A stretch of DNA of 64,000 bases, from assembly GCF_009914755.1 (NCBI RefSeq), contig NC_060927.1; one strand, written 5' to 3'. This DNA is from the human T2T-CHM13v2.0 reference genome, Homo sapiens. Each line of letters begins with the position of its first letter. The stretch's first letter is position 1. Below are positions 1-16,344 of this stretch, piece by piece. A program made the translations under genes and the position numbers. The notes beneath the pieces were generated by a model. That model was not told where the DNA came from. It saw nothing but the letters and a program-made list of their open reading frames with translations, and made no database searches.

Positions 1-128
1 TGTAGTTTAAGGATTGAGGGAGTGAATATAATGGTTTCAGGTATATAATAGAATCAAAATAAGTACTTAGCTCTTCTTTGAGTTTATCTAGAAAACTGAC
101 AAAGACATTGTTAAAAATATTAATTAGA

Positions 129-437
<309 letters not shown>

Positions 438-450
438 TTAAGTACAAAAC

Positions 451-870
451 TGAGAAGGGTTGAAGGGTCTTTGATATTACCCTACTTTTAAACTAACAAG
501 TAAGCTTGCCACTATTTCTCTCTCTCAACTCCCCACATCCCTACCCCACAGGAATCCTAGACCTCTGGATCAAAGAACCAACCTTTTGTTTACTCACAGA
601 GCAATCTTAGCGGCAATAGATCTCCATGCTCCAATTCCCTGTGGGACAAGACAGTAAGAGTCAGAGGTTACCAGGATATGTTGTAGGAATTACACCCCAG
701 GGGAAGAACCACAAAATAAACAGATGCAAAACCTGCATTGGGTACCCCACCTCCTACCCAGAGACGGAGTGAGAGGGAGACATTTTGCTCTGGAATGTAA
801 ACAAATTATCTCTGAGCATGATAGGGTAGGTGCTCCTACAAACATAAGCAAATAGCAAATGTCTCAGAGT
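451..870 (-). mobile_element. ERVL-type LTR, LTR40/LTR41-like
   Basis: TGAAGGGTCTTTGATATTACCCTACTTTTAAACTAACAAGTAAGCTTGCCAC resembles the reverse complement of the LTR40/41 3' terminus; far boundary approximate. Confidence 0.6.
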
Positions 871-2991
871 AATGCACAATCTCTAACTTCCAAATCCTGC
901 TTTCCATTTAATCACTCATTCCTGATCAATCAAAATATTCATGGAGAGTAGGATTGTTTCCAAACAATGAGAATTTGCTTGGCAGTAGAATGTGAAAGGG
1001 GTTGGTTCACACGCCAGTGAAACCAAAACAAAACAGTTAATAAGCTCTTAGAGGATAGGAATGATTTCTATGTTTTCTTTATTATCATTGTTATAACCTA
1101 GCATTGTTTTAGATGTTGACAATATTGAAATATAGAATACTACACATCAGAAAGGCCACCTTCTATCTTTCATTCAACCCTATTGTAACTTATATTTGGA
1201 ACAAATATGTCTCATAAAATTCAATCAAAAAGCAATTCTACTTTGTTTTCCAATGTTTCTTTAAAATATATTTACTGTGGGATATTTACCCATTATCCCT
1301 GGGTAAAAACTCATGAATTTTGTATGTTTTTTTCCTATTATCTTTAAGCAAAAAACATATTGTTTAATAAAAATGAAAAGAAACTTGAAATTATAAGTGA
1401 CAATTTCAACTGCCTTCTTAGAATATTCAGTTTCCTGTAATGTTTCTAGCTTTACTTAGAGTTATAGCTATTCCTTCTCCTCTCATGTAGAAAAGGCTAT
1501 GCGCAGCCCCGTGGTGTCTAGGAAAGAAAACAGTTGCCTGTTTCTTTCTATGCTCCTCACCTTTTCTGAAATTTATATAAACACTTTCCTATTTCTTTAG
1601 AGTAGGAGCTAGGAATCAGAAGAAAAGTAAGAAAAATGGCATATTTGTTTACTTTACCAGATGGTTTCATAGTTGCTGGGTCTGGTAGATATTTAAAACT
1701 GAATTTATCCTAAATTGCACTTTTTTGTGTTTGTAGGGGTAAGGGGCATTCTTCATAGCTACATCCCTACTGAGGATTTCTTAATTACATCTACAAAGTG
1801 TTCCTCTAAATTAACTGGTAGTTTTACTTCTTCAACGATGCCTAGAAATGTTGATATTGATGTTAGCTTTTGACTGTTGAATAACTACTATGCTTGGTCC
1901 TATTATACAGTTCCTAAGATGAACCCGTGGCTGGGCATTGTGTGTAGCTTAGCTCCAATTGGTGAACACTCATGAATTGATTGACACATGAAGTCATGGG
2001 GTGCAGACCTATCCCCATGTGCTGCCTCTCCAGGACTTATTCCTCAGCATGGAGCTAGCAGCACAACTTCACGTCTTTAGCTTTCTTTGGCAGAAGTAAA
2101 ACAAAACAACACAAAAGAAAACAAAAACAGAAAACAAAAAACAAAAAAACAGGCTTCTGTGTGTACTCTCCACTTCCTGGAACTGAATGGGGAAATACTA
2201 AACTCTCTAAGTAATCTCCTTAAGGCCTGTCTTTTTTAACAATTGTCATGGATATAGACGTCTGAATGTCTGGATAATAATTGTGTTTACTCTGAGATAT
2301 AATAGATTATTGTGAAAACATCAGAAAAAAATAGTGTCTACTCTTTAGGAAATAATGTCACTTGTTAACATCTATGCAAGACAATAATAATTTTCAAATA
2401 GTGGTACTTGTATATTGCTATTCATGTAAATGGAAACCAGAAAACAAATCTGTAGCAATAAATTAGAACAAAAAAATCTCAGATACTGTAATTCTCTGTA
2501 ATATAGCTATGGAGCCTTTGGATGTGGGCTGAAATATTCTACTTTAACTGGCTTTATCAAGTGGAAAAACTGTAAAGTTTTGTTTTTTTTTTTTAATAAT
2601 TCAGACCACTGCAAAGGCCAAGAGCTTTTTAAACGCAGAGGCCATAATATGAACAGTGAAAAAAATAAAGCTTTTGAGGTGCTGAGGACTTTTTTTCAAA
2701 GAGAGAAAGGTGGTAATATTTCCCATGTGTTTCAAGATAGACACTGAGCACTGTTAATGAGTGTAGATATTCTATAGATACATTTATATGGCCTAACAAA
2801 AGAACTTCTGAAAATGCTTAGTTTTTTTTTTAAAAATCAATTTCTTCACAATGAAGTGGCACCCTTGCCTAGCAATGATTTGCTAATTATATGCCAAATA
2901 TATATTAAAATATTCACAATCAGGATAATAATATAAATTAATATATAATTTATTACATACAAATAATAATATATTCCATTTTAATCCTTAA

Positions 2992-3196
2992 ATCTGTGCT
3001 GAAAGAGCTGTTTACAATGATGGAGATGTTTCTTCACAGAACAATATAGTAGCCACGAACCACATGTGGCTATTGAACACTTGAAATGTAGCTAGTGTGA
3101 CTGAGGACTGAATTTTAATTTTATTTAACCTTAATTCATTTAAATTAATATTTAAATAGCCACATGTGATTCTCGCCTTCCGTATTTTACAGCACT
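2992..3196 (+). mobile_element. MER3 (hAT-Charlie DNA transposon)
   Basis: AGCCACGAACCACATGTGGCTATTGAACACTTGAAATGTAGCTAGTGTGACTGAGG...AATAGCCACATGTG matches the recalled MER3 consensus. Confidence 0.85.
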
Positions 3197-4886
3197 CTTT
3201 AAAAACCGGACTTCATATATCATAAATTCGATTACCAAAAGTATATATTGTAGTGCAAATTATTAATCAAATCCTTCTAATAATTTTCAAATCATTTCTT
3301 GATTTTTCAAAATTGTTTGAAAGAACATCACTAGGTAAAACCTGCCCTTATCTGATACATAATCTGAGAAAAGGAATTCCAGAACATTTACCCTCTGATT
3401 TTCCCAGCACCTGGCACATTGTTGCAGCCAGAGGGCAGCCAGGTGCCCTGCCACCTGTCCTGGATGGTACATACTTTGTGTCAGTACCTACTGCAATGAC
3501 TCATCCCAGAGAGACCTGGGCCACTATTGATAATGCCTCTGAAAAAGCTGTATGTTTTTTCACCTGCTCCACTGCCCCCAGTGGATTTGAGCTTCTTTGG
3601 AGTAGTGGGGAACATAAAACATGTATTCACTCATGCCCCTGTCACCCTAATGCACTTAACAACCACTGGCAGCATCTCAGCAAGGGCCTATTAACTGCGC
3701 GTTTTGGCCAATACTATGCAAATCAACCAGTATGAAAAAAATTTGAATATATTAACAATTGGCATAATGTCTGTTGATCAAAATCACTGACTGTATAGGC
3801 TTGGGAGATAATTTTTTTCTTTAGCATTTAATTAGCACTTTAGATGTTAGCAGAGACTCAGGTTGTAGTTTGAATATATCACTTAGGAAATTCATAAAAC
3901 ATTTTAAGGAGCTGCATATGTTTAATAGTAGGAATGATAAAGAAAAAAGACGTGTTTACCCAGCTGAAACAACACCTTTTTGCTTTCTGTCTGTATGATT
4001 TCTGTTTGGTTGATTTATTAATACATTTTGATCTTTTCTGATGTAGTTTAACATCTGTTCAATTACCATATTCTTAACACACATTTCCTTGGCATGTTTT
4101 CTGCTCCATCTTCCCTTTGTTCTCTTGGACAAATTGACTGTTGTTGATTTCATTTCGGATGTGCAATAGAAAAGGTTAAGTGGAGATTATACAAGTGAAG
4201 TAAGCCATCAGGATAACATTGGAGAAGTTCAAAGGAAAAATAATGGAGGAAAAGGAGTTCGAAAGAGACACAGAAGAGTAGTGAGATAGTAAGAAGAAAA
4301 CGTATGCTTTAAAATCTAAAATATTGGTGGCTTTTTTGACAAATTTTATAGATTTTTTTCATCAAATTTTGCCAGTCTAATACTAATCTGGTAAATATCG
4401 TATCATTATTACTTTGGCTTTCGGAAAAAATTAACTGTACTAAAGTTATGATGTCAGAGAGAAAGGATATTTGCCATTTTCTTTTTTGTGCATTTTCTAC
4501 TAATTACTTAAATCTGCAACATAATCTTTTAATAAGTTAAACTTGATTTTCCCATTTTCTGAATGAAAATTTTTTGTTTTTGACATTGAAAGTTTTCTCA
4601 AGGTCTCAAGTATCATTCTTTTCATGATTTCTTCTTTTGAATATTTTCCTCTCTTTATTCTCTTTTTCCCTTTCTGCAGAACCTTTAATATGCAATCAGA
4701 TAGCAAAGAGAAATGCAGCATCCAGGCTGGAAATCAATTTCTGTATATTCTTTATTTCCCCCCTCTCATTTTGAGAAATGAAACTATCAAGCTAAACATT
4801 GATATAAAACACAGATCTTCTTTGCTAATATCAAACAGAGCTGTCTCAAAATAATAGGGTATAATTGTTAAATAACACAGTAAGAA

Positions 4887-4917
4887 ACACACACACACAC
4901 AAACACACACACACACT
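4887..4917. repeat. (CA)n microsatellite
   Basis: Direct inspection. Confidence 0.95.
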
Positions 4918-5062
4918 TGACCACTCAACTCAATAATGAGAGATCTATGGGTTACATTTGCCATAATTTACCAAATTTACCAAATTTTACTACAGTGTTT
5001 GTTTAATTTACTCAGTTTATTCTGAGTCCATATGAATCTGTACAATTCTCAATTCTGTGTCA

Positions 5063-5495
<433 letters not shown>

Positions 5496-5948
5496 TGATT
5501 TTGGTTGCTAGATTTTCTCTTTTAATTGTGTTGTGAAACGCAATGAAATGATTTTACAAATAAAACAACAGCGACAAAGCTGGGAATCAGAAAAATGGCA
5601 GATGCAAGACCTAATATTTAACTGTAGCAATGAAAACTATTATTGTGACTGGAGAATCCTATTTTTCTCTGTGTTATAAGACAAACATAATATATTTCAA
5701 TCTTCAGAATGTAAAGCTTGACTCTGAAGTTTTAGAGGCTTTTTACACTCAGCATTACAATATTCCTTCAACTTAAACAAAAATCAGAAAAATTTTCCTG
5801 ACCTGAGAAAATAGAAGTCAACGGAGGGAGTGAAAACATAAATTGTATGTTTCTTAAGATGAAATATTGTTTGCTAGCTGCTTCTATCACCCTTGCTCAT
5901 GGGAAGGAGAACATTCAGTGTTCTGGATATGGTCATAATATTACCAAG

Positions 5949-6030
5949 TCTCTCTCTCTCTCTCTCTTTCTTTCTCTCTCTCTCTTTATCTCTGTCTGTC
6001 CCTCTCTCACCCACACTCACAAACACACAC
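5949..6030. repeat. (TC)n/(CA)n microsatellite
   Basis: Direct inspection. Confidence 0.9.
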
Positions 6031-6541
6031 TTCTTTTATTTATGAATTAAGAAAATAAATGTTTCCCCCTCCGTAGCTGTTACATTTAAATTTCTGCTGT
6101 GATTTCCACGGGATTTTTAGCATATAACATAGAACAAAAAATTGGTAAGGAAATAGTTCCATATGTAGTACCAACCCCAAAATACCTCAGGTAATTATTA
6201 GGAAGAAGTGAAGGGAGGTTACAATGGAGCAAGCTATCCTATTTTAACTGCACTGATTACGTTTCACAGTGGTGACCTGGGCCCCTTGTGGATTGTTCAA
6301 ATTAATATGCTTCTAAAATGGAACAGCCTCGCCTTCTAAAAGAGTGGAGTTAGTTTCTATATTGTATGCTGTCACTTCATAACTTAATAATTGAAAATTA
6401 ATGCTCTCTATGATTATCTATAACTCAGGCAAATCCCCTGAATATTATTGAACCAAAATGTCAGGTAGCAATATGCTTCATTGTATATTTAGTTTACTCG
6501 TGTTTTAAAAACAACCTGAATTTAAAAATGGCATCAGGAAC

Positions 6542-6542
<1 letters not shown>

Positions 6543-6578
<36 letters not shown>
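6543..6578. repeat. (TG)n microsatellite
   Basis: About 18 uninterrupted TG units. Confidence 0.98.
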
Positions 6579-6582
<4 letters not shown>

Positions 6583-7579
6583 TGTTTGCTAAATCTTATT
6601 AAAATAAATTATCTACCAAATTCAGGCATCTCCAATATGAATGTTTTCTTTCATTCATTAAAAGCAAGAAAACCATATCTATTTATGCTGATGCTGGAGC
6701 TTAGTTTTCTTTTAAGATTATATTTGTATTATTTTCCATAGATATTTTTTCCCAAAGAAAAGTGCTTTAATTTGCATACCTCCTCTTTCAGTCTAGATAC
6801 AGAATAAGTAAAGTTTCAATACTGATTAATTATATAACTGTTAGTTTTTAGATAAACTTCCCTGGCAACACTTAGGAACTGAAATTGTTAAAACAGAAAC
6901 TACTTTCTTAACACAGTACAATATTTACAGTATTTGATGAAGATATTTTCAAATGAGATGTATAATGCTTTATTGGGAAGTCTTAAAATGCATTTTTATC
7001 TGGAACTTTTAAATATAATTTGGAAAATGTAAGGCAAAAATCTGAATAGCCAAACCTGGAATAAATGTATGAGAGACTTCACCAAAAAGTTGAGTTCTTT
7101 ATTGTAGATGTAATGAATAACAATACATTGTATCTTGTGATTTTCTTTAGTTTCTTCAAGGTTCAGTCATGTACTTTAAAGAAAATATATTTGAGTTTTT
7201 AATTTGAGGCAGATGTTGTGTAAATGCTAAAATTGTGACATCTAATGACAGAAGAACTAACTTTTAATATTTGCAACAAGAAAGTTTTGGCTTTGAGATT
7301 TCATCACTAAATTGGAGAGGTTTAAAGAATCTTGCTAATTCCTAATGTGAATAATTTCACTCTATGTATCTATTACCACCAAATGAACTAAAGAAGTATT
7401 TAATCAGTATGATATTTTGTGTTTAGAAATTAAAATTAAGCATTGAGAAATAGTGTATTTGTAAACGATTTATCATAGTAAATTGGCCCCAGTAAACTTG
7501 GAAGATTTAATAAGAGGTGTCAAATTTTTAGGATAAACGAATGATGAAGTAAGAGTTTACTGGTTGAATATACCCATTG

Positions 7580-8050
7580 ACTCATTTATTTAGTCAAAAT
7601 TTATTATACATCTACTTAATATATGCTATGTACTGGCTTAGGTAATGAGCATACACAAGTGAACAGGACATTATTCCTACATTCAGACCATTCAGACTTT
7701 ATACATTTGTAGACCAGGCTTATACAAATAAAAATTATAATAGGGTATACTATATTTTGTATTAATGTATGTCTATGGAGCTATACAAATACGGAGAGAT
7801 TCTAACTCAGTGAACAATTGCTGTAGACTGGGAAAAATTATCAAGAAATAATAACTTTATGTAGAGTCTTGGGAATTAACAAGAAATAATAGGAGAGACA
7901 ATTATATGGCAGATTATAAAAAGTCAGAAGAATTTATTGTGATATTTCAAAAAAAATGTAAGCATAGGATGTTTGTAGAATTCTTGCAGAAGATGAATTT
8001 GGAGATATTAGCAAGGGACATATTATAGTTTCCACCAAGATCATCATAAT
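7580..8050 (-). mobile_element. L2 LINE 3' fragment
   Basis: CATTTATTTAGTCAAAATTTATT...TATGTACTGGCTTAGG...GTGAACAGGACA resembles the antisense L2 3' end. Confidence 0.6.
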
Positions 8051-10398
8051 TTTTTACTGTATTGGGTATAAATGAGCTGAAATTTGTACTTAGAGTTGTT
8101 TTTATTGTTTGTTTGTATTTTTTTGAGTGTAGAGTTTTAAGTGTGGTTTTGAATCTTCATCTTGAGTATTCATATTCCTAGATGGTCTTGGGTAACCTAC
8201 TACATTGCTCTAATTCGGGCATTGACCACTTTGACTGCAGTATGGGGGCTATATTGGAAGACACAAGGCTGAAGAAACTATTTAAAAGTTCCATAACACC
8301 GCAGAACTTTGTAGTATTTTTTTCTCTTCTGTATGTACAGCACTATATCAGTGGCTGGCATGTTAGTAGGCATATAATAAATACCTATTAAATAAAAATG
8401 TATCACACTGTTGTAATCTTTAAGTAATAAGTTTGTTGCTATTGAAAGAAAACAAAATAACTTATGTAAAAGGTGTTTGGTAAGTAGAATCATCAGGGCA
8501 AGTTTATCAAATCATTTTTGGCTAAGTCTGGAGAGGAAACTAGATGAGTAGATGGTGTTCAGGTTGCTGACTTAGGCTGGGTGGGAAGTGGGAAGGTAGT
8601 ATTACTGATTGAGATAGGCTATTTAGGGAGAGTATCCTTTTGCTTTTTTCTAAGTGTCCTCAGAAGTTAATGAGAAATCATCACTTAGGTATGAATTCCA
8701 TACATTAATGTGTGTTTTGACTAAAAACGTTACCTTCAGAAAGCTAGGTGCACTCATTCTCTTTCACATAGGTTAGCTGTTACTTCTCTTTTAAAAGAAT
8801 ATTCCCAGCTGAATATATTCTTCCTGACAGAAGACAAAAGAAAAAAAGAAGGCTTAATCTAGCTACTATTTTTGTCATCTGGCATCTTAACCCTGTATAA
8901 TATAAACTTCGGGTAAATCCTTTTCTTATTCCTATACTCACTTTAAAAACTAATTTCAATAGCAGATTGTACCATATTTTCTCATTTTTTTCTGATACTA
9001 TTATTATTGATTCATTTAAATGCATCTTCTTTGTTCTCCTTTTCAGGTTCATTGGTAATTTGCTAAAAGAATGCCAGTGGGAACAGAACAGAAGCATTTT
9101 CAAGATTAAATTGGCAATGGTTGTGACTGATTGGATGAAGGAAGTAAGGGGGAGAGATTCATCAGAGAAAGAAGGCTTCTTTAAGCAGCAGAATTGAGGA
9201 ATGAGTCAGAAAATAAAAGAGCAAACAGGTTTTTGTTGTTTTATTTAATTTTGGTCAACCTACTTGTATTGGCTTTCATAGCATAAAGAAAATATTTTAC
9301 TTTGAACAAGCATAAAACAAAAACACATCTTTCATACAATACAATGCAATCGATGGCTTTTCCCCAATGATTTATGGAAATAGCTCTAAAGGAGAGAGAT
9401 GATTTTGTTGCCAGGTCTCCTCAGATATCATCAGTATTTTTAATCTCTCATGACATTGCTCTACACCCTCTTGCTGCTATATTTCTAAATGCCCTGAGGA
9501 TGTTATTTCTGGCTGTTTCTCTACAATTATAGGACCATATGCTACTCTCCTTGATCATAGAAATTTATGACATGCTCTCTGTTTTACTTCTACCTCAGTT
9601 GACATAATATTTTCCAGCAAGTTCATGTGTTGCTTTTAAAATAACTTAATTCAACTCTTGTAGACAAAAAGAAACATTTTCTTTCTGTGGTCATTCAGGA
9701 TGAGATGGTAACACCAGAGGTCTCAGTAACAACGCTTCAGGGAAATATTTTTAGGATCTGACACATTCAGCAGAGAAAAGGAAGATGAAAAACTGGCCTT
9801 TTCCTGAAAATGTGATAAAAGCAACATCACACTGGAAGAAAACTAACAGAGAATGGAGGTTGATCCACCTAAGAGACCTGTAGGTCAACACATATTCAAG
9901 TGCAGATCAGAGAATGAGCCTCCCCAGAAGAGGAAGCAGGAGATCTGAAAGAGAAATCTTTTCACAGAAAGGAAGTGCTCTATTTAACAGAGCTTGACTT
10001 TAGCATCAGTCAATTCAGGCAGCTCTACACAGAAGAGAGCATCTTGCCCCAGTGTCCACAGAGAGCAGGCACTTCCTGGACCCTTGAGCAAACATGCCAG
10101 GAGGTCACTTAAAACAGCGACTCTTCCTTGGTTGTACAAAATGAATGGTACCAAGAAAAAATTTTCTTTCCTTGGAGGAAAATTAGATTCATTACAAGCA
10201 TTTTTTTTTTAAAGCAACAAATGGAACCCAGTTGTAAAAAAAAAAAAAAGAAAGAAAAGAAAAGAAAAGTAAAGGGATATTTCTAGAAACTGAAACGATC
10301 ACAATGATTTATGTTGAATACGAAACATATTCTAACAGTAGAAGGTCACATTAAACATCCAAGTGATGTTAATGCAAAGAAAATTCAACATTATTTTA

Positions 10399-10830
<432 letters not shown>

Positions 10831-11379
10831 GTAGTAGTGACACTGAAATATACTACCTTATTGTATACTTACCTATGATCCTCACATTAAAAATGTTATA
10901 ACCCAAAAGCGATTTAAAAACTAACATATATGCTTTTTTAAAAAATGCATTAAATGGTATTTTATCTGTAAGATAATACACAAAGAGCTATTTGACCCCA
11001 AATGTAGCTAAAACTAATTAATTTATATTTTTGTTCTAGTTTATTTTCATTGTATTATAAAGGTAATGTTTTCCACCTGATTCATTTGTTTCTTATTCCA
11101 GTGTTTTTATTTTCCAGTTAAAAAGGCTTTTGTGACATCTTAAATTATTTAGCAGAGGGGCATGGCCATAGGATTGGCAATATATCTTCTCTTTTTAACT
11201 TCTCCCCTATCTTATGGAGATGGAAATTTTGGGTTCTAAGTAATAAGGAACAAACAGTTGAGAGAGAACTTCAAATTTTAAAACTATGGGAATTCATTTC
11301 CAAATGCACATTGATTAAATAGTGGATAGTTTTTTGTAAAGGTTGTTTATAAAGTGGATTTTTGTTTCCAAGTCATAGA

Positions 11380-12270
11380 AGGTAGGTTTAATAGAAGAAT
11401 CAGTAATCAAAAACATGTCAGAGATGGGCTGGAGGATTGACTCAAACAAAAGGAAGTTTAATAGAAATAAATTTAATATCAAACTTGTGTCCAAAAACTC
11501 CATCTGCACAACAGAATATGTGAGAGGCCAGCATATATACATATAAGTACAGTTAGAGGCTTTCTGACTGAAATAAACGTGAGACAGCAGTGAGATCTGG
11601 TTGTCAAAATGATATAATCTTAGACTTCGTTATTAGTAATAATCGGTGGAGAGTGATAATTCCACTCTGTTCACACAATCTGTTGTTAGACCACAAGTGG
11701 AATTATGTTCAGTTTTGTTGCATGACAGTTTAAGAGGCAAAAATATCAACTGGTGTATAGTCAGGGAAGAGTAGCTAGTGCCTTGTCTGGGCTTTTAGTA
11801 GTGCTGTATGCTGAATATTAAAGGAGGCAGAAATATTTAATATGAAGAATGGAAAATTACGGGGCAGCAAATAAACCCACGCACTGAACTCGGGGGCTCA
11901 AAGCGCTTTATGGAGCCACATCTCTCATAATTAATTTAAAATATAACATCAATGAAACATAAAAGATGTATTAAAAAGACTAGAAAAATTATGGTTCCTA
12001 TTATTGTTAATACTATTTTTGACACATCAACACTTCAAATTATTTCAGAAAACATTATCAAAAACTTTTTTCATTATCGAATTTTGTGACATTCTTTTGT
12101 TGGTGCCCTAAGCATGACTCCAGAGCATTGTGGAAATACAGCTCTTCAGGAGGTGGTCACTTTTCAAATACTGGAAACATTTGAATGATGGAGATAACAT
12201 GTTCAGTATTTAAATATTCAAAACGTATTTGAACCAGAGGACTGCGAAAATTTCTTCTAAATCAAGCAGT
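11380..12270 (+). mobile_element. L3/CR1 LINE 3' region (ancient), interrupted about 11860-12130 by a probable hAT fragment
   Basis: GAAGTTTAATAGAAATAAAT, AACGTGAGACAGCAGTGAGAT and GTTAGACCACAAGTGGAATTATGTTCAGTTTTG follow the CR1/L3 ORF2 C-terminal consensus; 3'UTR-like GAACCAGAGGACTGCGAAAATTTCTTCTAAATC. Confidence 0.7.
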
Positions 12271-13489
12271 ACTATTTTTGTCTCTAAATAATAATTTCAT
12301 TCCTATTAGTTCATATTCTCATATAAATTGATTATAATACATAGAAATTTTCAGATCAAATAAAACGGAGATAAATTAGGTTAATATATGTTAGCTTCTA
12401 TATTTAACTAAGATTTTTAACTGAAAGTTGTAAGTCACTTTTTCAATTTTGCATTAACCTCATTGCAACTGTCATGGAGTTGATACGGCATTATCCACAA
12501 ATTGCTTCTGAAGATTATTGGTAGAGGGTACAAAGCAAGGCACATCATCTTTATCATTTGAACACAGGAGATATGATTTTTTAATCTATTTTCTATTGTT
12601 ATTTGATATGCAATCTCACTTTTAGTAGAAACAGTTGTTTCATTTGCACACAAAAATAAATAGACTTCATTTCATTTGGAGTGGTGGCTTAAATAAGTAT
12701 ATTTGGTTTCAAGAAGAACAGAAATTGTGTTTTTTATTCTTGAGGATAAATTATAAACTCTGCAAAAAATATTAATAGTTTTATATCTTATTTTAGACAT
12801 CATTTGCTTTAGGGACAATAGAGAAAGCTCTTACAGGAGTTTAAAACGACTAAAAACTAATGTGTAATGAGAATCCTTCACTGCCTATCTCTTGAATTAT
12901 TAAGTTTGGGCTTAGGTAAAAAGTGCCGTGATTTTTATTTTTATGTAACGACTTTCTTGGGTGCCATAAGGAAAATATTGGGTTTAGCTTTTATTAATTT
13001 TTAATAATTTGCTAACCAGTAAGCTAGAAGTGTGCTACTAGAAATTACATTTTGGATAACAAAGAATATTTCCCATGAATCTGTACTCTTTAGCAGCTAA
13101 TGAACATCTGTTTGTTTGTATAAGCAATCAAACAAACAAATGGAGCCCAGCGCTCAGACTCAAGAACTAGTTTCACATGTAAGTAAAATGTAATTCTCTG
13201 CTTCTATTGTATCATTATTATTTTTATTATAACTTTGGGGTATCAGCACCAAACAGGTACATATAATTAAATATAAAAACCATGAAATATGTATACAATT
13301 AATTTACATGTAATTAAAATGAATATTTGTATAATTAAAAATAAATTTTGCTTTATTCTTATTAGTAAGTATTGTTGTTTCTTTTATTTATAAATTTGGG
13401 CTCTCTAAAAAGCTTTCCATTCTCTCTGTTGCTTCACAGCTGGAATTATTGTGCATGTCTCTCTCTAGGTATACAGCCTTGCTTTTTGT

Positions 13490-13925
13490 GAATTCAATTG
13501 ATTGGGCCAGAAGTGAACATATGATATTGAAAGTGTGAGTTGGTCTAATAATTTTCTTTTTGCTGCATACTGGCTCATGATGAGACTGTGACAATCAAGT
13601 ATAAGTGTAGAGTTTGTTACTTTTTGTCAGCTTAGTACCCAATGGCATCAATTTGGGGCAGCCCTTCTGGTCTACGGGAAAGTAGATTGCAAGAGTCAGA
13701 TTACAGAGGGAAAAAGAAAATTAAGCAGAGATAATAAAAAGGAAAGTAGAAGGAGAGTGAGAGAGTTTTTTTTGACACCATTTAAGTTTCATTTCCTGTG
13801 TTAGTTTTTTGTGAACTCATAGAGCATTCCTTGCTTTGTACGTTTCATAATTAGTTTCATTCCAAAATTAGTTTGAATATATTCCTCTTCCTTAAAAAAC
13901 AAATAATTCCTTATCAAAATATACA
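13490..13925 (+). mobile_element. Old MaLR LTR (MLT1J/K/L-like)
   Basis: TGATTGGGCCAGAAGTGAACATATGA...AAGCAGAG...GAGAGAG...TGACACCATTTAAG...TAGTTTGAAT; degenerate. Confidence 0.55.
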
Positions 13926-15354
13926 GTAAAATGAGACTTGCATTTTAGATATATTTTATTATGTTCTTTATTTTACTTGGAGAAACTGAGGCTTAGTGAG
14001 GTTATACAACGTGCTTATATTTATTTCATAGAAATATTCTTTTGTCATCTTATTTTTTAATAATTGGGAATTTTTATTAAAATACAGTTAACATAATTTA
14101 AACTACACATATTGTAAGTATTCAGCTTGACCACCAGTATTCCATCACATGGGCAAGCCACAATATGTTTGTCCAGTTTCCCGCTGATGAACATTTGGTT
14201 TGTTTTCAGTTTTCGTCTATGAATAAAGATGTTATAAACATTATGATACAAATATTTTTGTGAATATACACTTGTATTTTTATTGAATAAATAGGATTGG
14301 AATAATTAACTGTATATAAGAAACTCCCAGAACAGTTCTCCAAATGGGATGTACTGTTTTACAGTCTCATCTGCGGTGGATGAAAGATCGGGTCCTGGTG
14401 CTTCCATATCTGCTCCAACATTTAGCGTCCTTAGGTTTGGTTTTGTTTCCCATTATGGTGGCTGAAATGTAATATGATTGTAGTTTAACTGGCATTTTCC
14501 ATTAGCTAATAATAGCAGGTTTTCATGTGCTTTCTGGCCATTTGTGTATTTTATTCTGTGTACATGTGTTCACTTTTTCCTTTAAAAAGTTAGGTAATTT
14601 ATTGATGATTTTTATAATTTCCTGATCTATTTTGAACACTAGTCCTTTGTGAGATATATATTCTGTGAATATTTTTTATCTGTGGCTTATTTAATAATTT
14701 TTAATAGTATTTTTTGATGAGAAGACATTTTTAATATTAAAGAAGCCCAATTCATCAATCATTTTTGTCTCTTATTGTTTGTGGGGTTTTTTTTTTTATC
14801 CTGACTGGGGATTTTTTTTTTTAATTTTTATTTATTTATTTATTTATTTGTTTGTTTATTTATTTATTTTTACCTACTCTGAGCCTACAAAAGTATTCTG
14901 TTTCAAGAAGTGTGAAGGCTCTGAGGTTTTACTCTACTTACAAAGTAATATTTGATCATTACAGTTTCATGAATGCTATTAGAATACCCAGTATTAGGAC
15001 GTCAGACTAAAAGGACTTTATGTCAAGGAATAACAAACAGCATATGACCATCCACATATTTTTCTCAAAGTTCTTTCACCTCAAGTCCCATGTGATTGAT
15101 ATGGATGGACCAAGATTAGTGTTTCATGTTCAGTAGGTTGAGTTACTGGAGAAAAACACTGAGCATAGAACATTTGAATCTTTTATAATAGGCACTAAGC
15201 TTGCCAGCCCTTTGATCTGGAGAAAGACATTCTTTTTACTGTGCTAGGCAGTAAGCATAGATTTGTTCCATAAGGAGGCACTATCTTCATCTTCCAAGGC
15301 TATAAGCAAACTCACCCTTTCTGGGGAGCAACATTACCTCTATCTTCCAAAACT

Positions 15355-15849
<495 letters not shown>

Positions 15850-16344
15850 TATTATACAAATATTTTTTAAAAGACGGTTTGAAACAACAGATTTTCAGTG
15901 CCTCTGATCCTAAAACATGCAAGAACAGGAGAGACTGGTGGGTAGCGGTGTTACAATTCTTTCTAAAAGCTTTAAGATTTTGAGTTGTGCTTATTTAGGT
16001 TTATGCCGCATCTCAACTTGTACATGAAGTGAGATAATCACCATGGCTTTGTTTTGTTTTGCTCTGTTTCTTAATATATGGATATTCAGCTGTTCCAAAA
16101 ATGTTTTCAAAAATTCTTTCCCATCCCTATGGAATTGGTGCCTTTTCCTAAAATCAATTAAATATATATATGTCTATTTTTATACTCTCTATACTGAATT
16201 TGTCTATTCTTACACCAGTACCAATGTTTACTTAATTATTGTAGGAAAAAACATGATTTTTATACAGTAGTTGTTGCATCACATAATTGACTTTCATTGT
16301 TTAAAATCATTTTCTAAGTCGTATGAGTCAGCTAGCAATGCCTT

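Noticed and set aside
3253-3735. 160-aa ORF
   Set aside because: Starts at GTG, has no recognisable domain and no promoter context; a length reachable by chance in a locally GC-richer patch
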